Assembly (NCBI GenBank): GCA_002778465.1
Contig: PFBV01000002.1
Location: 2,312 to 66,311, forward strand
Reading direction: 5' to 3'
DNA length: 64,000 nucleotides
Source: Candidatus Magasanikbacteria bacterium CG10_big_fil_rev_8_21_14_0_10_36_32
GTDB taxonomy: Bacteria > Patescibacteriota > Patescibacteriia > Magasanikbacterales > GWA2-37-8
The position numbers were made by a program, and so were the translations under genes. The notes beneath the pieces were generated by a model. That model was not told where the DNA came from, searched no databases, and saw only the letters and a list, made by a program, of their open reading frames with translations. Every line of letters begins with the position of its first letter. Position 1 is the stretch's first letter. Positions 9,688-19,060 of this stretch are shown here, piece after piece.

Positions 9688-12411
9688 ATGATGGTTATAG
9701 ATGAAAAACAAAAATTAAAATTAATTAAATTTTATCAATCTATATCTCATTGGTTGGGGATTGTTGTTTTAACGATTGGCGGGGTGGTGTTGGTGGGCTG
9801 GATTTTTGACATTCAAATATTAAAAAGCGTTTTACCTGGTTTGGTTGCAATGAAGGCCAATACCGCCGTTTGTTTTGTTTTATCAGGTTTTACTTTAATT
9901 TTATTACAGGAAAAACGTATTGGAACGGTTCAACGAATAATAGGGGGAATATTTTCATTTTTGGTTTTATTGTTAGGTGTTTTAACTTTGACTGAATATA
10001 TTTTTGGATTTAATTTTTACATTGATCAGTTGTTATTTAAGGAATTACCTGATGCTGTTTTAACTTTTTCACCGGGGCGAATGGCTGCCAATACCGCATT
10101 TAATTTTTTTCTTATTGGTGTTGCTTTGTTGACAGTCAGTTTAAGCAGGAAGTCAAAAATAATATTTGCAAATATTTTAGTTGTAATAGTCGGAATAGTT
10201 TCTTTATTGGCTTTAATCGGCTATATTTTTGGCGTATCGGTATTTTATCAAGGCATAGCATTGTATACGGCCATGGCTTTGCATACCGCGATTGCTTTTT
10301 TATTTATCGCAATCAGTATTTTTTTTATCAGGTTTGACCATGATTCAGTTCCTGTTTTAGGAGCCGGTGGAACCGGAGGCGCGGTTGTTAGACGTTTATT
10401 GCCGGTGATTGTAATAGTGCCAATAGTGTTAGGTTTATTGTTTCGTTTAGGCGAACAAAGAGGCTATTATAATAATGATTTTGAACTTTCTTTTCTCACC
10501 ACCTTTATTATTGTTATTTTGATGATATTTTTTTGGTTTAACGCTAAAAATATTAATAAAAATGAAATTTTGCAAGCCGAGAGTATTTTAAAATTAGAAG
10601 AATCAGAAAAAAAATATCGGGAAATTTTTAATAACATTCAGGATATCTTTTTTGAAGTTAATATGAATGGAATTGTTGTTGATATATCCCCTTCAATTGA
10701 ACAAATTACTAAATACAAAAGAGATGATCTGATTGGCCGAGACATAGGTCAATTATATGCTAAAAAAGAAGAAAGAAATGATATTTTAAAAACACTGGCT
10801 AAAATCGGAAAAGTTTATGATGTGGAAGCTGATTTTATTGATAAAGATGGTGCCAAATTAACCGGTTCAATGGTAGCCAGATTGATTAAAAACGAAAAAG
10901 GTGTTCCTTTGAGAATTGTCGGTACCATTCGCGATGTTACTGCCCGCCGGAGAGCCGAGGATGAATTGAAATTTAAGAATATTATTTTAGATACACAGCA
11001 AAATACTTCTTTAGATGGAATTTTGATAGTTGACGAAGAAGGAAAAATAATTTCTTTTAATCGACGTTTCGTGAAAATGTGGAATATAACGGATCAAGTG
11101 TTGGAATCAAAGTCAGATGAGCTCGCTTTACAATCGGTGCTTGACAAATTGGTAAATCCTGAAGAATTTTTGTCGCGGGTTAAATTTTTATATGAACATA
11201 AAAATGAAAAAAGTCGTGAAGAAATCTCATTAAAGGATGGAAGAATTTTTGACCGTTATTCTTCGCCAATGTTGTCTTTGGAAAAAGAGTATCTTGGCAG
11301 AGTTTGGTATTTTAGTGATGTGACGGAAAATCGCCAAGCCTCCAGTATATTAAAAAAATCAGAAGAAAAATATGCCGCTTTGGTGGAAAATAGCAATGAT
11401 GGCGTTTTAATTTTACAGGATGAGGTGATTAAATTTGCTAACCGAGCTATGTTGAATATGTTTGGTCTTACAGAAGAAAGGGTTATCGGTCGTTCTTTTT
11501 TAGACTTTACCGATGAACCGTCAAAAAAAATTGCTGCTGATAAATATAAAAAACGAATGAAAGGTGAAAAAATTGCTTCGCGGACGGAATTAAATTTAAT
11601 TCATAGCAGTGGACGGACATTTTCCGCGGAAATCAATGCGGCATTGATTTATCATGAAGGCCGGCCGGCCGATATGGCAACCGTGCGCGATATCAGCAAG
11701 GCAAAAGAAATAGACCGTATGAAATCAGAATTTGTGGCTGTTACTTCGCACCAATTAAGGACTCCTTTGACCGGCATAAAATGGTTTACCGAGTTGTTGA
11801 TAAAAGATAAAAAGCATAAATTATCAAAAGAACAAAAAGATTTTATTCAGCAAATTTCCGTCAGCAATGAGCGGTTAATAAGATTAGTTGATGATTTGTT
11901 AGATGTTTCACATATAGAAACCGGTCGTAAATATAATGTTGTTTTAAAGTCTGAAAGTTTACATGATGTGATTCAAGAGGTGGTGGATAGTCAAAATCTT
12001 TCGGCCAAGAAAAAAGATGTTAAAATAATTTGTCCGCGTTGCCGTGAAAAATTGATTATGCCGATTGATCGGGAAAAAATCCGACAGGTATTTTCCAATT
12101 TAGTCAGTAATGCTATTAAGTATTCTCCGGCTAAAAGCGTTATAGAAATAGGTAGAGAAAAAAAACACGAAGAGATTATTATTTTTATTAAAGATCACGG
12201 AGTGGGAATACCCAAACATCAACAGAAACGAGTTTTTGAAAAATTTTTCCGGGCGGACAATGTATCCACTACTGAAACAGGCACAGGGCTTGGTTTGTAT
12301 ATTGCTAAAGCAATTGTAGAAGGACATGGTGGGCGAATTTGGTTTGAATCAATAGAAAAAAAGGGTACGACTTTTTATGTCGCTTTGCCTATAAAAAATA
12401 AATTAATTTAA
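9688..12411 (+). CDS. Membrane sensor histidine kinase with multiple PAS domains
   Basis: N-terminal ~8 TM helices, three PAS-like segments, an H-box (HQLRTPLTGI), N-box (NLVSNAIKYS), G1 (DHGVGIP) and G2 (GTGLGL). Confidence 0.85.
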   Translation: MMVIDEKQKLKLIKFYQSISHWLGIVVLTIGGVVLVGWIFDIQILKSVLPGLVAMKANTAVCFVLSGFTLILLQEKRIGTVQRIIGGIFSFLVLLLGVLTLTEYIFGFNFYIDQLLFKELPDAVLTFSPGRMAANTAFNFFLIGVALLTVSLSRKSKIIFANILVVIVGIVSLLALIGYIFGVSVFYQGIALYTAMALHTAIAFLFIAISIFFIRFDHDSVPVLGAGGTGGAVVRRLLPVIVIVPIVLGLLFRLGEQRGYYNNDFELSFLTTFIIVILMIFFWFNAKNINKNEILQAESILKLEESEKKYREIFNNIQDIFFEVNMNGIVVDISPSIEQITKYKRDDLIGRDIGQLYAKKEERNDILKTLAKIGKVYDVEADFIDKDGAKLTGSMVARLIKNEKGVPLRIVGTIRDVTARRRAEDELKFKNIILDTQQNTSLDGILIVDEEGKIISFNRRFVKMWNITDQVLESKSDELALQSVLDKLVNPEEFLSRVKFLYEHKNEKSREEISLKDGRIFDRYSSPMLSLEKEYLGRVWYFSDVTENRQASSILKKSEEKYAALVENSNDGVLILQDEVIKFANRAMLNMFGLTEERVIGRSFLDFTDEPSKKIAADKYKKRMKGEKIASRTELNLIHSSGRTFSAEINAALIYHEGRPADMATVRDISKAKEIDRMKSEFVAVTSHQLRTPLTGIKWFTELLIKDKKHKLSKEQKDFIQQISVSNERLIRLVDDLLDVSHIETGRKYNVVLKSESLHDVIQEVVDSQNLSAKKKDVKIICPRCREKLIMPIDREKIRQVFSNLVSNAIKYSPAKSVIEIGREKKHEEIIIFIKDHGVGIPKHQQKRVFEKFFRADNVSTTETGTGLGLYIAKAIVEGHGGRIWFESIEKKGTTFYVALPIKNKLI

Positions 12412-12416
12412 ATTAT

Positions 12417-12794
12417 ATGCACAAAATTCTTATCGTGGAGGATGATAATATTTTGGCTCAAGCCATTTATACGGCTGTTAGGCGAGCCGGTTTTTCCGCT
12501 GAAGTGGCGGTTGATGGCGAGGATGCTTTAAAAAAAATGAAAAAAATAAAACCGGACGTGGTACTGCTTGATTTAATTTTACCAAAACGTTCCGGTGAGG
12601 ATGTTTTGGGAGCAATGAAACAGGATGAAACATTAAAAGAAGTACCTGTTTTGGTAATTACCGTCAAAGGCGACAAAGAAACTATCAGCCAGTGTGTAAA
12701 AATGGGTATTCGTGGATATTTAATCAAAGCGCATTATACTTTACAAGAAATAATCAATCAAATTAAAAAAGTGATTGCGGAAACAAAAAAATAA
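12417..12794 (+). CDS. Single-domain response regulator (receiver)
   Basis: ILIVEDDNIL...LLDLILPKRSG...KA receiver motifs; 125 aa. Confidence 0.8.
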   Translation: MHKILIVEDDNILAQAIYTAVRRAGFSAEVAVDGEDALKKMKKIKPDVVLLDLILPKRSGEDVLGAMKQDETLKEVPVLVITVKGDKETISQCVKMGIRGYLIKAHYTLQEIINQIKKVIAETKK

Positions 12795-12796
12795 TT

Positions 12797-14278
12797 ATGA
12801 AGCCGGTGAAATTTTTTGAAAAAGTCGCCGGTTCCAAAAGCAAAACGTTTATTTCGTTTTGCTTTTGTTTTATTATGGGGGTTGGTTTTTTTTCTTTTAT
12901 TGAAATATCAGGAACAAAACTTTATTACTTATTAATTTGCGGTTTTGTAATTTTATTTGGTTTGATATTTTGGTGGAAAAATAAAGTGGCGCGGTTGATT
13001 TTATTGTGTTTATTGTTTGTAGTGTTGGGCAGTATGCGTTTTGTTGGTGAAATGATGTCGTCTCAGGCGGTAACAAATAATGATGGTCGGTTATTTTATG
13101 GAATTGTGGACGAAGAACCCAATTTTAAAATTGATAATGCTGAATATATTGTATCAACGGAATTTAATGAAAAAGTCTTAATCCGCCTTCCTCTTTATCC
13201 GCAATATAATTATGGCGATCGTTTAATGATTGATTGTCTTCCGGCACTTCCACAAAATTATCCTTCCGGCATATTTGATTATCGTCGTTATTTATCCAAT
13301 CAAGGAATTTTTTCGGTTTGTTTTAATCCTCCAGTCACAAAAATCGGAATTGATGAAGGTAATTTATTAAAATCAATTTTATTAAAAACCAAGAATATGG
13401 TCAGCGAACAGATAAACAGATTATTTGTTGAACCAGAAAGCAGTTTGTTGGCAGGTTTATTATATGGAGGACGCAGCGGTTTGCCTAAAGAATTGTCTGA
13501 TAGTTTTCGTCGGACAGGTTTGAGTCATATTGTGGCGGTATCAGGTTATAATATTTCCATTATTTCCGTGATATTTTTAAATATTTTAATTGTTCTTGGT
13601 TTTTCTCGTCCAAAAGCTTTTTGGTTGGCGATAATTGGTTTAGTTTCTTTTGTAATATTTACCGGCGCTTCCGCTTCAGTTGTCCGTGCCGGTATTATGG
13701 GATCATTGGTGTTGATTGCCGAAAAAGTTGGTCGGTTATCGGATGCCGGACGGTTGTTGTTTTTAGCCGGCGCTTTAATATTGCTGGTTAATCCGCGTTT
13801 ATTAGTTTGGGACGCAGGTTTTCAGTTGTCTTTTTTGGCTACTTTGGGTTTAATTTATTTAACGCCACATTTATGGTTTTCCAAAAGAAAAATTCCGGAA
13901 TTATTTTTTAACATAGTCAACCCGACTGTGGCGGCGATTATCGCTACCGCGCCGTTGATTATGTTTCAATTTGGACAGTTATCTTTGTCCGCTTTACCGG
14001 CTAATGTTTTAGTAATTTGGATGATACCATGGCTAATGTTGTTTGGATTTTTATCATTGTCTTTGGGGTGGATTTTTTATCCCTTGGGACAAATAATCGC
14101 GTGGTTGACAGGTTTTGGTTTAAAATATGTTATAATGGTGACAAGTTGGTTTTCTGCCCGAACCTGGGCGGCGGTTGAAATGAATATTTCTTGGTGGATG
14201 ATGTTAATAATGTATTTGTTAATTGTTTTATTTTTTTATGCCAAAAGTAAAAATTTTATCATCGGTCGCCGGATATGA
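12797..14278 (+). CDS. comEC: ComEC/Rec2 DNA-uptake channel protein (DUF4131 plus competence domain; no MBL domain in this ORF)
   Basis: Polytopic membrane protein; LSHIVAVSGYNISII competence-domain signature. Confidence 0.75.
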   Translation: MKPVKFFEKVAGSKSKTFISFCFCFIMGVGFFSFIEISGTKLYYLLICGFVILFGLIFWWKNKVARLILLCLLFVVLGSMRFVGEMMSSQAVTNNDGRLFYGIVDEEPNFKIDNAEYIVSTEFNEKVLIRLPLYPQYNYGDRLMIDCLPALPQNYPSGIFDYRRYLSNQGIFSVCFNPPVTKIGIDEGNLLKSILLKTKNMVSEQINRLFVEPESSLLAGLLYGGRSGLPKELSDSFRRTGLSHIVAVSGYNISIISVIFLNILIVLGFSRPKAFWLAIIGLVSFVIFTGASASVVRAGIMGSLVLIAEKVGRLSDAGRLLFLAGALILLVNPRLLVWDAGFQLSFLATLGLIYLTPHLWFSKRKIPELFFNIVNPTVAAIIATAPLIMFQFGQLSLSALPANVLVIWMIPWLMLFGFLSLSLGWIFYPLGQIIAWLTGFGLKYVIMVTSWFSARTWAAVEMNISWWMMLIMYLLIVLFFYAKSKNFIIGRRI

Positions 14279-14843
14279 TTTGTCTGCCGCCGATTATGAT
14301 AAAAAAGAAAAATATTTAAACAGTTTTGAAAAAAATAAAATTTGGCTATTGTTGGGATATTTATCTGGAAAAAAAATTTTAGATGCCGGAACAGGAACTG
14401 GACGTTTAGCTGTTGAAATGTCAAAAAATGGCGCGGAAGTAACCGCTCTTGATGTGTCGTCAGAAATGTTAAAACAGTTGTCGCGTAAAAGTAATAAAAT
14501 AAAAACCATGATTGGCGATGCTGAATGTTTGCCTTTTGACAAAGAGATTTTTGATTTGGTGACAGCCGCTTTTTTAATCGTTCATTTTAAGGATCCTTCT
14601 CGTTTTTTTGACGAAGCTTATCGTGTATTGAAAGATGGTGGAAGATTATTGGTGACAAATATTAATCAAAAAGAACCGCCAGAAATAAAAACTAAGCAAG
14701 GAGTTATAAAAATTGAATCGTTTTATCATCGCCCGGAAAAAATCAGGGAGATTTTACAGTCATTGGCTTTTACCATTGAAAAAGAAATTATTGTTAAAGA
14801 AGGGGAGAATTGGATAAATCAGATAATAGTAGCTAAAAAATAA
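14238..14843 (+). CDS. Class I SAM-dependent methyltransferase
   Basis: LDAGTGTGRLAV (motif I) and ALDVS acidic motif II. ATG at 14238 is preferred; the ORF track starts at a TTG at 14223. Overlaps the comEC 3' end. Confidence 0.75.
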   Translation: MPKVKILSSVAGYDLSAADYDKKEKYLNSFEKNKIWLLLGYLSGKKILDAGTGTGRLAVEMSKNGAEVTALDVSSEMLKQLSRKSNKIKTMIGDAECLPFDKEIFDLVTAAFLIVHFKDPSRFFDEAYRVLKDGGRLLVTNINQKEPPEIKTKQGVIKIESFYHRPEKIREILQSLAFTIEKEIIVKEGENWINQIIVAKK

Positions 14844-15128
14844 TTCACCCCGTTAGAGATATTTATGGTTTATATTTATTTAATGCAGAGCAAGAAAGAT
14901 AATCTTTGGTATACAGGTGCTACTAGAGATTTAAAAAAACGTTTTAAAGAGCATAATGATGGGAAAGTAAAAGCAACAAGGGATAGAAGACCTTTTGTGT
15001 TAATATATTATGAAGCTTGTTTGAATGAACACGATGCTTTTACTCGTGAAAAATATTTAAAGTCAGGAATGGGAAAACGTTATCTTAAAAATCGTTTAAA
15101 ACGTTTTTTATCTCTAACGGGGTAAATT
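14842..15128. mobile_element. 287-bp mini-element: GIY-YIG gene bounded by 19-bp terminal inverted repeats (18 of 19 bp match)
   Basis: Left IR AATTCACCCCGTTAGAGAT (14842-14860) against right IR ATCTCTAACGGGGTAAATT (15110-15128). The element sits exactly between the methyltransferase stop and the start of the MBL gene. Confidence 0.4.
14865..15125 (+). CDS. Small GIY-YIG nuclease family protein (YhbQ/UPF0213-like)
   Basis: VYIYLMQS...LWYTGATRDLKKRFKEHN GIY-YIG motif; 86 aa; homologous to the ORF at 47285. Confidence 0.8.
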   Translation: MVYIYLMQSKKDNLWYTGATRDLKKRFKEHNDGKVKATRDRRPFVLIYYEACLNEHDAFTREKYLKSGMGKRYLKNRLKRFLSLTG

Positions 15129-15986
15129 ATGAAAAAGTTGTTTATAGTTATAGTAGTTGTCCTGCTGTTAAGCGTGGGCTTATTTTATTATATTCATTTT
15201 TCCGCCAATGAAAAAAAATTTGATATTATTTTTTTTGATGTTGGGCAAGGCGATGCAACGCTGGTGCGTTTTGAAGATGGAAGTAAAATGTTGGTAGATT
15301 GCGGACCGGACAGGACTATTTTGAAAAAACTCGGACAATATCTTCCTTTTTATGACCGGACGATTGATTATTTGCTTATTACTCATCCGGACAATGATCA
15401 TTATGGCGGTTGTGTTGACGTATTGCGTCGTTATCAAGTGAAAAATATAATTACAAATAGTGATCGTAAACCGGACGATACTTTTTGGCAAACTTGGCGT
15501 TTTTATGAAGAAAATGAAGATGCAAAAATTTTTATCATTGATGAACCGCAAATTTTTGAAATTGGGAACAATAAAATTGAATTTATTTATCCGGATACAT
15601 CTTTAATTTTATCTTCAGCCGGCGATACCAGCAATAATCAATCGTTGGTTTTTCGTTTAGTTGATAAAAGTGTAAAAGTTTTATTTACCGGAGATATTGA
15701 AGAATCATTGGAAAATGCTTTGATAAAAAAATATTGTTCAATTACAAACTGCCCTTTTTTATCAGCTGATATTTTGAAGGTCGCCCATCATGGCAGTGAC
15801 ACGTCAAGCAGTGAAGAATTTTTGAATGCGTCTAATCCGAAAGCGGCAGTGATTTCCGTCGGTCAGAATCGTTTTGGACATCCGTCTTTGCGAGTTTTGA
15901 AAAAGATGGAACGTTTACCGGTAATTGTTTTGCGCACTGATGAGTATGGCGATATTACATTTGACAAAATTTTAAAAACATGGTAA
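15129..15986 (+). CDS. ComEC-type metallo-beta-lactamase-fold domain protein (stand-alone ComEC C-terminal domain)
   Basis: N-terminal TM helix, DVGQGDATLV and HPDNDHYGG (HxDxDH) motifs, and VAHHGS. Confidence 0.7.
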   Translation: MKKLFIVIVVVLLLSVGLFYYIHFSANEKKFDIIFFDVGQGDATLVRFEDGSKMLVDCGPDRTILKKLGQYLPFYDRTIDYLLITHPDNDHYGGCVDVLRRYQVKNIITNSDRKPDDTFWQTWRFYEENEDAKIFIIDEPQIFEIGNNKIEFIYPDTSLILSSAGDTSNNQSLVFRLVDKSVKVLFTGDIEESLENALIKKYCSITNCPFLSADILKVAHHGSDTSSSEEFLNASNPKAAVISVGQNRFGHPSLRVLKKMERLPVIVLRTDEYGDITFDKILKTW

Positions 15987-15997
15987 TATATTACTAG

Positions 15998-16029
15998 AAA
16001 CGCTTCCATAATGAAGCGTTTTAATTTTT
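15998..16029 (+). terminator. Rho-independent terminator after the MBL gene
   Basis: AAACGCTTC-CATAAT-GAAGCGTTT hairpin followed by a T-run. Confidence 0.45.
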
Positions 16030-16055
16030 GACTTAATTTAATTTATTTTTTATAT

Positions 16056-17309
16056 ATGTCATCAGAAATATCAAAAGCCATTCAGGCATTATGTGCTGAA
16101 AAAAATCTCTCGTTAGAGGTGGTTATGGAAACCATTGAAACAGCTTTGTCAGCTGCTTATCGTAAGGATTTTGGCAATAAACAGCAAAACATCAAGGTTA
16201 AGTTTGATCCCGAAACAGCTGGAATAAAAGTGTGGGATGTTAAAACGGTTGTTGAAGATATTGAGGAAGAGACTTTGGAAGCAGCTCAAGAGGAATTAAC
16301 CGTTCGCCGTGAAAAAGCTCGAGCTGAAGGCCGTGAATTAACAGAAGAAGAAACTGAGGACTTGCCGCGTTTTAATCCAAAAACTGAAATAATGCAAACC
16401 CCAGCTAAAGAATTTAAGAAAAAAGCGAAAATTGGCGATGTTTTGGAAATTTCCTTGGAAGTACCCGGTGAATTTGGTAGAATGGCCGCTCAAACAGCCA
16501 AACAAGTTATTATTCAAAAAATTCGCGAGGCGGAACGAAATATGGTATTTGATGATTACAAAGATTATGAAGGTAAAATTATTGTTGGTACCATTCAAAG
16601 AGTTGAGGGTCGTAAAGTTTTGGTGGATTTAGGTCGTGGCACCGGTCTTTTACCGTCTGATCAACAGGTGAGTCGTGATCATTATCGCCCCGGCAGTCGA
16701 ATGAAATTTTATGTTGCTTCAGTTACTATGTCTATTCGCGGTCCGGAAATTATTTTATCTCGTAGTGATATAGGCATGGTACGTGAAATTTTTAAACAAG
16801 AAATTCCGGAAATCAGCGACGGTGCTATTTTGATTAAAGGTGTGGCTCGAGATGCTGGCGCCCGTTCCAAAATTTCTGTTTATACAGAAGACAGTTCGGT
16901 TGATCCAATAGGTTCATGTATTGGACAAAGAGGTGGACGTATTAATACTATTATTGAAGAATTAAACGGAGAAAAAATTGATGTGATTAGATACAGTGAG
17001 GATCCTGCAGAGTATATAGCTCACGCCTTGTCTCCGGCAAAAATTTCTCGTGTGGAAATTATCAGCCAAGAAGAACAAAACGCAGAAGTTTATGTTCCGG
17101 CCGATCAGTTTTCTTTAGCTATTGGACGAGGCGGTCAAAATGTTCGTTTAGCTTCCCAATTAACTGATTGGAAAATAAAAGTTATTGAAGAAGGCGGGTC
17201 AAAAGAAATATCAAGTGAAGATGTGAGCGAAGAAAATCCTGGTGAAGAAGAATTAGCCGTAGCTGATGAGGTGAAAGAAGAACCAAAAGAATCTGCTGAA
17301 ATAAAATAA
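16056..17309 (+). CDS. nusA: Transcription termination/antitermination factor NusA
   Basis: N-terminal domain aligns with NusA (MSSEISKAIQALCAEKNL...); S1 domain and two KH domains; acidic C-terminus. Confidence 0.9.
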   Translation: MSSEISKAIQALCAEKNLSLEVVMETIETALSAAYRKDFGNKQQNIKVKFDPETAGIKVWDVKTVVEDIEEETLEAAQEELTVRREKARAEGRELTEEETEDLPRFNPKTEIMQTPAKEFKKKAKIGDVLEISLEVPGEFGRMAAQTAKQVIIQKIREAERNMVFDDYKDYEGKIIVGTIQRVEGRKVLVDLGRGTGLLPSDQQVSRDHYRPGSRMKFYVASVTMSIRGPEIILSRSDIGMVREIFKQEIPEISDGAILIKGVARDAGARSKISVYTEDSSVDPIGSCIGQRGGRINTIIEELNGEKIDVIRYSEDPAEYIAHALSPAKISRVEIISQEEQNAEVYVPADQFSLAIGRGGQNVRLASQLTDWKIKVIEEGGSKEISSEDVSEENPGEEELAVADEVKEEPKESAEIK

Positions 17310-17336
17310 AAATAATATAAAATTAAAATTATTATT

Positions 17337-18110
17337 ATGTTTACTTCCGTTTTTCACACTATTTTATACCAACCGATATTTAATTTTTTTGTCGGTTTAT
17401 ATAATTTAATTCCGGGTCATGATGTTGGTTTGGTAATTTTAATAATTACCATTTTAATTAGAATATTGGTTTGGCCACTTACTTCATCCTCAATTAAAGC
17501 TCAGCGATCTGTTCAAGAATTGCAGCCCAAGGTTGATGCGGTCAAAAAAGAATTTGCCAACGATCAGCAAAAACAAGCGGCGGAATTAATGAAATTATAT
17601 AAAGAAAACAAAGTTAATCCGTTTTCATCTTGTTTGCCATTGTTAATTCAATTGCCAATTTTGATTGCTTTATATATGGTAATGCGGGATGGATTAATGG
17701 CTGATAAATTTGCCGTTGAACTTTATTCTTTTGTTGATAATCCGGGAAAGCTTAATCCTTTATCGTTAGGATTTTTAGATATGGCTAAACCAAATTATGT
17801 TTTGGCGATTTTAGCCGGTTTGGCTCAATTTTGGCAGGCTAAAACAATGATGTCTAAACAACCGCCGAAAGCAGCTGGTGCTGGCGCCAAAGACGAGGGA
17901 ATGATGGCTACAATGAATAAACAAATGCTTTATTTTATGCCGGTCATGACTGTAATTATTGGTTTTGGTTTGCCGGCCGGTTTGACGGTTTATTGGTTTT
18001 TTAGCACGCTTTTAACCGTTGCCCAACAATCAATATTATTAAAGAAAAAAAATAAAAAAAATCCTGTTGAAGAAAAAGTTATTGAAGGTAAAGTGGAAGA
18101 AATAAAATAA
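17337..18110 (+). CDS. yidC: Membrane protein insertase YidC (short Gram-positive-like form)
   Basis: Five TM helices, LPLLIQLPILIALY, and a conserved C-terminal basic tail. Confidence 0.85.
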   Translation: MFTSVFHTILYQPIFNFFVGLYNLIPGHDVGLVILIITILIRILVWPLTSSSIKAQRSVQELQPKVDAVKKEFANDQQKQAAELMKLYKENKVNPFSSCLPLLIQLPILIALYMVMRDGLMADKFAVELYSFVDNPGKLNPLSLGFLDMAKPNYVLAILAGLAQFWQAKTMMSKQPPKAAGAGAKDEGMMATMNKQMLYFMPVMTVIIGFGLPAGLTVYWFFSTLLTVAQQSILLKKKNKKNPVEEKVIEGKVEEIK

Positions 18111-18136
18111 GCTCGTAAACCGATAAGATAAAAAGT

Positions 18137-19060
18137 ATGTCTCCATTGGAACAATCCATCGTGAGAACTTTGACTTATTTTGATTTAGTTGATTATCCTT
18201 TAACCAAAGAGGAATTATTTTCTTATCTTTGGCGTCCGCCATTCGGTCGTTATGATGATTTTTTAACCGCTTTAGAATCGGGCAGTCAAAAATGGGAAAA
18301 TAAGTGGGGTTATTATTTTTTGTCTGGACGGGAACATATTGTTGAAAATCGCCGAGTGCGATTATTGCCCAGCGAACAAAAGTTACGTTTAGCGCGTCGT
18401 GCGGCAAAAAAAATTCGTTCCGTTCCTTTTTTGCGGGCGATTTTTTTATGTAATTCAGTTGCTTCCGGAACAGCCGGCGAATCCAGTGATATAGATTTTT
18501 TTATTATTGCCGATCCAAAAAGAATTTGGTTGGTGCGTTTTTTTACCAATTTTATTTTAAAACTTTTTGGTTGGCGTACTTATGGACAAAAAATTCGCAA
18601 TAGAATCTGTTTGTCTTTTTATGTTGATGGAGGACATTTGGATATTTCCCCGTTGCGAGCGGTGCCGGAAGATATCCATTTTATTTATTGGTTGTATCAA
18701 ATGTTGCCGCTTTATGATCCGGACAATTATAATGATAAATTTTTAAAGGCTAATAAATGGGCGGGTGATTATTTGCCCAATCTCAAAAAAGAAAATTTGC
18801 CGATTAGCGATTCGGCATTTCAAAATTCTCGGCTTGGCTTAATTTGGAAAAAAATTTGGGAAAAAATGTGGAGTGTCGGTTACGGCGATTTGCTTGAAAG
18901 TCAAGCTAAGGGATTTCAGTTGGCCATGATGAAAAAGAATATTAAATCAATGGCGGATATGGGGGATAATAGTGTAGTTATTGGAGATTCCGTCATCAAA
19001 TTACACGAAAACGATACAAGAAAGGAATATTATGAAAAATGGAAAAGCAGAATAAATTAA
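18137..19060 (+). CDS. Nucleotidyltransferase-fold protein of unknown specificity
   Basis: GS-x9-DxD pattern (VASGTAGESSDIDFFII) typical of the Pol-beta/CD-NTase superfamily; 307 aa. Confidence 0.5.
   Translation: MSPLEQSIVRTLTYFDLVDYPLTKEELFSYLWRPPFGRYDDFLTALESGSQKWENKWGYYFLSGREHIVENRRVRLLPSEQKLRLARRAAKKIRSVPFLRAIFLCNSVASGTAGESSDIDFFIIADPKRIWLVRFFTNFILKLFGWRTYGQKIRNRICLSFYVDGGHLDISPLRAVPEDIHFIYWLYQMLPLYDPDNYNDKFLKANKWAGDYLPNLKKENLPISDSAFQNSRLGLIWKKIWEKMWSVGYGDLLESQAKGFQLAMMKKNIKSMADMGDNSVVIGDSVIKLHENDTRKEYYEKWKSRIN

Noticed and set aside
16028-16058. TTGACT-17-TATATA promoter-like element upstream of nusA
   Set aside because: The -10 hexamer overlaps the nusA ATG, so transcription would begin inside the ORF. 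The NusA N-terminus aligns from this ATG, so this is not taken as the nusA promoter.
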